Source: Flectonema sp. DT1601
Taxonomy: Eukaryota
Assembly: GCA_964019425.1 (NCBI GenBank)
Contig: OZ025799.1
Coordinates: forward strand, 620,001 to 684,000
Length of the DNA stretch: 64,000 nucleotides
Reading direction: 5' to 3'
The position numbers were made by a program, and so were the translations under genes. Below the pieces are notes generated by a model. It did no database searches. It was given only the letters and a program-made list of their open reading frames with translations, and was not told the DNA's origin. Of this stretch, positions 58,501 through 64,000 are shown in pieces; position 1 is the first letter of the stretch, and each line of letters begins with the position of its first letter.

Positions 58501-60514
58501 CCTTGGCATCCAAGCGCTGTTGGCGAAGCTGCTGGTAATGTGTGACGTAGCAGTGAATTTGACTGTTGGCCTGCCGAGCGCGCCCTCTTGACTGAATATG
58601 AGACCTCAGAGACTTTGGGGGCTGCAATCTTATCACGAAGTCACATTGTGGTACATCAATACCTTCTTCCAGGACATTAGTAGCAACGAGAAGTTTCGTT
58701 GCGCCGGTTCGAAATCGATTTACAGAAGCTTCCTGCTCGTCGAACCACTGCATTCCATCGAAGCCGCTGTGACCAACTACCATCTCAGGATTGTATCGTT
58801 CCGTAATTGCTTGAGACGAGCGCAGTCTTTTAACAGTTTCCCTTGCTACGAGTCGACTTTCTACTAAAATCAACACCCTACAATCGCCTTTGCACTCTGT
58901 CAGTGTTCGTTCAGCCTTCACTATCCGATCTGAAACGTGATTCTCGTACTTGCTTGGAACCTTCGTAGCCAAGACATCGATCTTGGCCCAACAAAACTGA
59001 GGAAAACTGGAAAATATATCCCCAGGATCTCCACTGCGATTGACCCGCGAAGCGATGCTTATGAGGGCACGGGACGCACAATCAATTCCGATTACTTGAA
59101 CCACATCAGTTAAGCTGCAAAGATCTAATATCGTGTCGACGTACTTTGTGATAGTTCTAAGGGTTTCGGGATCTAGACAGATGCGTTGGGGGGATTTGAG
59201 GCTTCCGATACGGCTCTTGAAAATCGCAATATTTCGGGGAAGTAGAAATTGTTCAACGTCTTGCTCAACATCAGGTATCTGTTCTGTGCTCTTTGTCGAC
59301 TTCCTCACTAAGGAATCACGATAGAGCTTTATGCTAGATAGCAGGCATTTCACAAACTGTATTTGTATTTCATTCATACTAATAACAAACCAAGATTCTT
59401 TAACTACATTCTTAGGGACTGAAGGATGCAACACAAAACCGCCAAAGTTGCGTTCCAGTTCTGCAATCTGCATTGCGGGAGAAGGCGGAGAACCCACTTT
59501 GTATGCCGATAAACCTCCCGATACAGGCGAAGCAGTGAGGCCAAGAATTAAAGGTTTATCTGCTGCAGGTAAAGAATGAACTTGTTTGAGCAAAAGGTGG
59601 AAAGGGTGATCATTACGAGCATGATGACATTCGTCGATGATTACACAACAGGTGTTGTTAATAGTTAGGTTTGACTTAGACAGCTTTTCAACCAGACACC
59701 CAGCGGTAGCAACGACAACGTCAAACTTTCCATTAATTATTCCATCAACCATTCTCTGTGATGCCGTCTCGCTACAAAGTAAGCAAATCCGCAATCCAGT
59801 TTCTCTCAGAATCACTTCACCCTGTTGAAAGACTAACGGTATCTTGTCTACTAAAAATAATCCCACCCTACTTGGGTTCATTTTTTTCATTTTGCACAAG
59901 GCCATGGCGCCAACAAGAGTCTTCCCCAACCCTGTAGGTAGGGACAAGATTAGTGAACGACTATGCATCAGCTGCGCAAATGCCTGAATTTGGTAATCAC
60001 GAGGAGGAGTAACAACAAGATCATCCCAACTGTAAGTCATCAAGTCCTGTTGTGATGCACGGACAACAGGAACACGATTTGAATGTTTTGGAGGTGCTGA
60101 TGACACTGCTACTGCCAGTGTGTCGACAGATCCGAAGAAGTTCATATCATTTCTGGTAGTTATGTTGTCCCATCTGGGAGTTTTTGATTTTACGGCAACA
60201 AGTTTCTCCTTCTCTTCGAGGAGTCGCATTCCAGCTACAGACAGCTTTCTCAATGACAGCGCAATGAATGAAACACTTTCAGGGCCGTATGGAGACATTG
60301 TTCCGATCTTTGTGGAACAATGTGGGCACAGTACTGGAGTCATCTTTCTTTTTGTATTCGCTTCGTCTATTATCAGACGTTTCTGTGACCGCAGCCCCCT
60401 CACTATCTCCTGACGAACGATGAGGTGCAATTCCTTCGCACTCTTTTCATAAAAACATATTTCTGAGATGTCGAGAACTTGCTTATAGCACGCGCCACAT
60501 GTAGCGCCCGACAT
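52529..60514 (-). CDS. RIG-I/Dicer-family helicase - RNA-dependent RNA polymerase - terminal nucleotidyltransferase fusion protein (2661 aa)
   Basis: Helicase motifs RDYQ, PTGLGKT (aa 193), DECH (aa 294), LGLTASP, ATNVLEEGID and QSRGRAR (aa 641). RdRP aa about 1056-1641 with TDGAG, SAFQIRW.G.KG, RNPCLHPGD, GGDLDGD (aa 1497) and AVDYPKTG. NTase FGS-x10-DID (aa 1875-1890) plus FDL (D1961). N-terminal CxxC..CxxC domain and a KH-like segment at aa about 2138-2200. Confidence 0.95.
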   Translation of the reverse strand: MSGATCGACYKQVLDISEICFYEKSAKELHLIVRQEIVRGLRSQKRLIIDEANTKRKMTPVLCPHCSTKIGTMSPYGPESVSFIALSLRKLSVAGMRLLEEKEKLVAVKSKTPRWDNITTRNDMNFFGSVDTLAVAVSSAPPKHSNRVPVVRASQQDLMTYSWDDLVVTPPRDYQIQAFAQLMHSRSLILSLPTGLGKTLVGAMALCKMKKMNPSRVGLFLVDKIPLVFQQGEVILRETGLRICLLCSETASQRMVDGIINGKFDVVVATAGCLVEKLSKSNLTINNTCCVIIDECHHARNDHPFHLLLKQVHSLPAADKPLILGLTASPVSGGLSAYKVGSPPSPAMQIAELERNFGGFVLHPSVPKNVVKESWFVISMNEIQIQFVKCLLSSIKLYRDSLVRKSTKSTEQIPDVEQDVEQFLLPRNIAIFKSRIGSLKSPQRICLDPETLRTITKYVDTILDLCSLTDVVQVIGIDCASRALISIASRVNRSGDPGDIFSSFPQFCWAKIDVLATKVPSKYENHVSDRIVKAERTLTECKGDCRVLILVESRLVARETVKRLRSSQAITERYNPEMVVGHSGFDGMQWFDEQEASVNRFRTGATKLLVATNVLEEGIDVPQCDFVIRLQPPKSLRSHIQSRGRARQANSQIHCYVTHYQQLRQQRLDAKERELESIVSVRAITHPTSPEVLQTIQYIQNGRVAPRARVAELCADKHLSLMLWYIYPVERHFQEIDFESELLDSLDQSGLNHLVVSRITDMPVDTFPVLPAGSATGHLVSLTSSFTEQHADERDLFSNWSFKTSSGGSIWATMQTRKKFQKGMPFIFKSYKVTVLTGEWSELGVFTSEKTLADDSWVSFIKTGMHIGISDLWMELAPMVIHPFIAVSWESEKECNILLPLNSTPPVFGMDMLGNITRCTVKHNGVSQSVLCLHMHNCPPPSELTVLLSSSFGVPVYNVRVKVVFEAVKTYPPHSNHLIEWLIQALHSQRLGCSTRAAELKLRLLISEMECEESIIQALTEMQSSLEYWTPICDLFKKAYEAANLAVKLDYTDNLIKRAMLTPTQCVYLTPLAVADSRLYRRFGIHPFVTVVFRDEQRQRLNSIVTLNYVKQSISDTQCFAGKEYIFFAASSSQLREQQAVYVDIEFLPGACSGQSIAERLARFRGQIVDPSGSASIAKYLSRLALYMTSDIPTIKIDDSCTVMIKDVHCRNGSSVLTDGAGKIAITTAKSVAAMLGLHITPSAFQIRWRGVKGVLVTVPDTDADLSGKKIAIRPSMKKFQMPEENVDNTLCIVRHAKWSPCHLNREIISLLTSQQDQFFPHKALESNLISCLNTLSTIFEDATEMKAAVFPNLPPDFAAEYEAYLSGVEASGDIFADPLVLDLCRVSYRVCTRDLTKKARIPIKQGCHLLGIPDPTGTLLDGEIFVQLGEDSPAGKEEILSQEQVIVWRNPCLHPGDVRVVTAVDCPALREYKNVVIFPCNNNTLYNIPESCSGGDLDGDQFYVVWDQEITLPKELEDTPLPYGTLGANAPRPEQYKIKEIRNCWEIADFVHSVYSNDSLGRISNMHQAISDQFVDGARNPLAIEVARAQSFAVDYPKTGIPPSVPEEAFTRIKKYGHPDFMEKTTDGYVSNKILGTLYRTAKSYDFQYTGAPNWIGQQLVCRALCPEGSKLPQQNSLSEPENELLEALKGTKSCLSYETEALNDYRVYCSGMRQIMTSYGLRSEAECLLSTAISWHPLIKNIFKAREVIRRRVCQLQTFTKQRFAVMYTTPPEQEIAARWWYQVSQSDGFAKSFGLLHGRILLGVLRQSGAINTTLGKKNSHKQLGDAILSYGRRHMQETKAISERKMRYVSLVEDTINSLIDSEQHIQLKVFGSVAQDLCSLYSDIDVVAIIPSGCMLFKSGHESMATLRDKQIWALEIVSRLLGNIAVKKIEVFKANVPIIRFSIIPPDGLGEEWFDLTVDVSSFLKTLCLKTYFLQHQWTHSVFLFIQHWARTIGVIRQDAGITNDGGRHILSTGELHVLILNSLLAEDKGHIYNLIPSEDPADMAGAAVLRFFKSTSCSSTAKKYSFLIGTAAIETSFNYRYLFSPSTVSSICSVETINLLAHDSRIAQHCLLATGCPEQLLSSQDDDEIVCKLCLPSRISGSVGSALAFHEERLSRLSGAVVELEETGSKLIMVATGNRRSIMLVQREISSHIRELNWSCRSRIRSSRYHLEGSVGIVAWGSEGDDLQLRLKAEQENNRQRIEMSSCQPIKEIIFKNIGCDDVTVRNALAECIARQIPKLPSLSTFAFYDCTVSFGTFLIMSASDSLPDTSQSLSISELHQRMESMGRNRKAWERRKFQAAPKEKEYVMKKMEISSGQAPVKGKKKKAKRGLRSTFRHIARAGNQELDVIQGEIERKLEDAGFGLLARCQMGADGAIIENKTEAYMMSKLRDSQKGSAVDSVDLYGKLSAVVSRSFEIGIRTVTSTRNEEIVTSIAERQLSWVSTTILGGGIIPDMRFRFETFDFVTPQIVQSAKEKMPTSAVGGAAPISFKFSSRQGSALPIAELSFNPMLTQEAKGSIYYVRKRIYASEFGCDDEIGARARLVRVLEWHQNIDSSGGHNTTALTGPEEALEFQLRIPCQKILEAPCYNKLAADILRVAFRAGIASGTAFCKS

Positions 60515-60612
60515 GATGCTTTGTTGCTGAGGGTGTGAATTTAACTAACACGAAAGTTTCATAAGTCAAGTCGATGTTATCCCAAATAAAACTCAAGAAC
60601 TGTGTCAATAAC

Positions 60613-62130
60613 TTACAACGTATCAATTAAATACGGATCAGTGCAAGACTCTGCAGGGAATAAGCCTATACTCTTATACGTAGCTGGGTTACCCTGATGA
60701 TAGGAAGAGTTAACTCGAACAGCTGTAATATTCAACGGCAGGGCCGATATCTCACTGCGGGCAAATCGGATAATTCTTTTGTGCCCAACAGTGGTTCCGT
60801 TGAACACTGAAGCGGTCACAGATTCAAACCCGAAAGTCTTATTTCCTGAGCACGGGGAATATGAAGAGCAAGGTACTAACCAGGGAATTGCTCTCCACTC
60901 CAGGGAAACTTGTACCTCAACAGTGAAGTTGGTGATGCGCAACCCTTGTGAAATATCTTCGCGGAGCCAAATTCTATCACAAAGTGGAGGGTAATCAGGC
61001 ACAATAGGAATCTTAAATACGATCGATGGCTCGTCAGAACCATTTATTTCAGCAAATGGCTCGTGATAGCAAGTGACACGCCACTCTCCAAATTCTCTGT
61101 ATCGTGATAAATATTGATCAGGTATACTTCCAGTGTAGTTTGGGGTAATTCCAATGAGCAAATTTGCTCCAAGACCGACTGTTGAGTCGTGCTCGTTAGC
61201 GAGCTCTATAAGGGTTTTAATGGACTGGTTGGGAGCCCACCAGTTGTCAAAGTTACTGCTGAAAGGGACAAATCCCTCGTCAGGTGCCACAACACCTCCT
61301 GTAAAAACTCCTGGGCCGGTATAATGTGACGATGGGGCATTTAAATAATTTGGTTGTGAAACAGCTCCTTGTTCATTTCCGATTCCCCGCAACAGCTGCT
61401 CATTCCCAGGTCCTCTTAAGAGTACTGCTGAGGGGTTCAATGTTTTAATCTTTGATGTTATTTTACTGATGTCATCCTTTCCAAACCCAACGAAGGAATC
61501 TTTTTCGAACCAAATTTCAGTCCAAGGGTATTTCCCCCACAATTCAGTCAGTAGTGATTCCGTTACCTGAACATATTGCTCAAAAGATATTTTAGGGCAG
61601 AACTTTCCGTTATTAATGATAGTCTTATTCCACCCAAGCCAATAATTTTGGGACATTGAGAAATGCACACCGGGGGAAATGCCAGCTTTCTGAGAGAGAT
61701 TGACGAATTCAGCCACAACATCAATCGGACCTAAAGATGACTGACGGGCTGTGTAGTTGTAAGTTCCCCATTGTGGGATCTTCACATTCGTATCCCACAG
61801 TAGATGACCACAAGATCCAGAAACTGGGAGAATAGAATAGCCTGCGTTAATGTTAATAAGCGCTTGGTACCATCCATGTATATCAACACCCACTTTGAAA
61901 TCCTCTGCCGGTGGGGGTTCCCTTCCGTTACTGCATCCGTCACCTTTAGGTATCCAGGGACCTCCAGGCATCCCTATCCCGAAAAAAACGTAACCACCAA
62001 TTTCTTTATCCATCCACGTTAACTGTTCCCTAGAAGGTGTTTCTCCGTGTAATAAGTCGTGTGGTTGGTGATATGTCGGAATACCTATTCCGAAGTTAAC
62101 AACTCCCAATACAATACCGAGGCGTTGCAT
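60613..62130 (-). CDS. GH29 alpha-L-fucosidase homolog with altered active-site motifs, secreted
   Basis: PSREQLTW..EIGGYVFFG, LLWDT, DVVAEFV....K.GI.PG, LTELWGKY..EIWF, TVG.GANLLIGITP..TG.IP and LREDISQGLRI..F..TVGHKRI follow the GH29 layout. The first ATG (62130) starts a signal-like MQRLGIVLGVV; the track start at 62286 is a TTG. Confidence 0.8.
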   Translation of the reverse strand: MQRLGIVLGVVNFGIGIPTYHQPHDLLHGETPSREQLTWMDKEIGGYVFFGIGMPGGPWIPKGDGCSNGREPPPAEDFKVGVDIHGWYQALININAGYSILPVSGSCGHLLWDTNVKIPQWGTYNYTARQSSLGPIDVVAEFVNLSQKAGISPGVHFSMSQNYWLGWNKTIINNGKFCPKISFEQYVQVTESLLTELWGKYPWTEIWFEKDSFVGFGKDDISKITSKIKTLNPSAVLLRGPGNEQLLRGIGNEQGAVSQPNYLNAPSSHYTGPGVFTGGVVAPDEGFVPFSSNFDNWWAPNQSIKTLIELANEHDSTVGLGANLLIGITPNYTGSIPDQYLSRYREFGEWRVTCYHEPFAEINGSDEPSIVFKIPIVPDYPPLCDRIWLREDISQGLRITNFTVEVQVSLEWRAIPWLVPCSSYSPCSGNKTFGFESVTASVFNGTTVGHKRIIRFARSEISALPLNITAVRVNSSYHQGNPATYKSIGLFPAESCTDPYLIDTL

Positions 62131-62339
62131 GTTGTAATCGTGAAACAGCTTTGGAAATACGAATCGAATTATCTTTATAAAGATACCCCACCTGACATAT
62201 TCACTTTTAAAGACTCTCAGTATATTACGTGTCTTGAAATAGAATGGTTTTAAAAACAAAAACGCATTTTCATGCGGTTGGAACAATCGCGTCGGGTGAC
62301 CTAATCACCTTTCCTTTGACAATTCGAATGATTTTAACT

Positions 62340-62570
62340 TGATAACTTCAGGTATTTTCAATGGTGGTAACACTGCTGAACATGATAAGAACTCACGTCC
62401 ATTAGTAGTGACCAGAAAGATTAAGCGCATTGATTGAATAAAAGAATCAATTTTCCTATCGTAGTAACGCCGTTGAAGCCAGAAAGGTCAGCGATGGAGG
62501 AACCATCCAACAAGAACATATCTCCAACAGTGGTGACATTATTAAAATCAAAGAAGTCAAGTAAAGTGAT
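62340..62570 (-). pseudogene. Second, strongly decayed BspA-type LRR remnant
   Basis: The minus strand reads ..DFNNVTTVGDMFLLDGSSIADLSGFNGVTTIGK.. and further ..FSSVTTIE.., with stops and frameshifts. Confidence 0.55.
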
Positions 62571-63434
62571 TCAACGACAGCTATACATGTACCATTTTGA
62601 GTGCTGTCATTCAGGCTTGCTAGCACGGTGAGATGACGGGGCACAAAGTGATTCAACGACAACTAACATCTCTCAAATAACCGAAGCTCTTCTTCCACTT
62701 CTAGCTCAGTGTTTGGATTCACTTTTTGATCAGTTATCCAACTGGTGTAGTAGATATCCCCGCCAGTCAACAAGTCGTAAGAGACTCATGAATAACAACG
62801 TGGATTCTTAAATCTGCATACGCCACAGAAACATTACTATGACTGAAGATAAGAAAAGATAATTAATTGAGCATCGCAATACCAAAACCATTGCAACTAA
62901 AAGTAGCAGATAACCCAAACAGATTATCAGAGCCAAGATAATGCCACTTATCGATATTCCACAAAACGACGTTTCATTTGTTCAGATTCTGTTGTGAGGA
63001 TGTAGAAGTAAAAAAAAAGGAATAATTTATTCTTGTTGCTATTGACAAAGTCACAAGGACGCTGCCTAAAGAATAAGCAGAAAGAGGTTCCATTGCTGGC
63101 AGCCACTGCGTTGTTTATTTCTGATACTTTTTTTCCCGTTTTTTTTTTTCTTTCTTCTCACCTTTTACTGGATTCCTTGCTTTATTTATTCTTTTTTTCT
63201 AATTTTTTTTTTTAAAAAAAATATATTTTTCCAACAAGAGGCACTGGGGGTGGTGGTGGTGGAGGGAAAACACTGAATGAAGACATATGTCAGTCGTAAT
63301 GGTTTCTGCGGGAGCGATATTTACATAAATTGGGAAGAGGGAAGTACCACCTTTGCTTAAATCATGACTACTATTTGCACATGTCCACGTACTCCGAAAT
63401 TAAAAAGAAAAAAAAAAGTTATAAACATAGATGG

Positions 63435-63518
63435 AAGTGCCCTCCAAATTTGGAGGGCGCCTGGTGAAAATCAGCCACAAAAATTTGTAGGGCCAAAATA
63501 GGGCACTGGAGGGCACTT
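63435..63518. repeat. Nested palindrome / inverted repeat
   Basis: Perfect 20-bp palindrome GCCCTCCAAATTTGGAGGGC (63439-63458). AAGTGCCCTCCA (63435-63446) is also inverted against TGGAGGGCACTT (63507-63518). Confidence 0.85.
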
Positions 63519-64000
63519 TTTTAATTAAATTTAATATAATGCCGAGCTCATTTTGACATACCCCTGCCCTCAGCGAGGGTCGAAACGCATCTTATTTGAC
63601 TTTTCTCCGGTTTGCCCGATCAAATGCGTCTCTGGGATATCAGTTTACTTGCTACCAGTAAACTTCTTTTTTTTCTCACAAGGTACCGTGAAGACCGGCC
63701 TATTAACAGGTTAGCAGGAACGCATTCTCCCTCCTCGAATCCCTCTATATTCGACTCGGTGCATTCTGCGGGCTAATCAGCTCCTTGCAGATCTGGGATG
63801 CATCGTCCACTGAAATGAGCTTCAGCTTCAAGGATTGCAGCAGGCTCCGGAAGCTCTCAAGGAGTGGCCCATCGTTTTTGCCATTGTTGACCGCCGAACC
63901 ATGACCTGGAGATCTTGGGTTCGAACCCCGTGACACCCTTTTTTCTCTTTTTCGAAAGACTGCCAAGCATGTCAAAAAAAATTTTTTTTTGGCTTCTGCG

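Noticed and set aside
52529..60514. Dicer, or a viral replicase
   Set aside because: No RNase III signature or PAZ was recognised. The polymerase is the cellular double-psi-barrel type (DLDGD), not a viral GDD palm RdRP.
63895..63955. tRNA-like GGGTTCGAACCCC followed by a T-run
   Set aside because: A B-box-like T-loop is present, but the T-stem is imperfect and no matching acceptor stem or D-arm lies upstream. At most a tRNA-derived relic.

Overview
Eukaryotic (flagellate protist) nuclear DNA, not prokaryotic. Positions 1-48.3 kb hold 17 protein genes all on the + strand, separated by long poly(A)/poly(T)-rich spacers. They include a kinesin-8-like motor, SAS-6, a PX-BAR sorting nexin, a stand-alone SPX protein, a Trm9/ALKBH8-type methyltransferase, a TATDN3-like nuclease, a CLU-domain giant, IFT46 and a DnaJ protein. 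Three short phase-0 GT-AG introns can be reconstructed by eye. The unidirectional gene cluster plus rare cis-introns suggests a euglenozoan, probably diplonemid-like (inference). A decayed piggyBac element with near-perfect TIRs and TTAA target duplications sits just upstream of IFT46. The convergent strand-switch zone (about 48.3-52.5 kb) holds a DIRS-type RNase H remnant, a frameshifted BspA-type LRR gene with a 75-bp tandem array and a Helitron Rep fragment. The standout is an uninterrupted 2661-aa minus-strand ORF (52529-60514). It fuses an N-terminal RIG-I-CTD-like Zn domain, a complete Dicer/RIG-I-family DECH helicase, a complete eukaryotic RNA-dependent RNA polymerase (DLDGD), a Cid1/TUTase-type nucleotidyltransferase with all three catalytic aspartates, and a KH-like domain. 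These are the three enzymatic activities of an RNAi RdRP complex (RDRC) in one polypeptide. It is followed by a GH29 fucosidase homolog with a remodelled active site. All assignments are from motif recognition by eye; no database searches were run.
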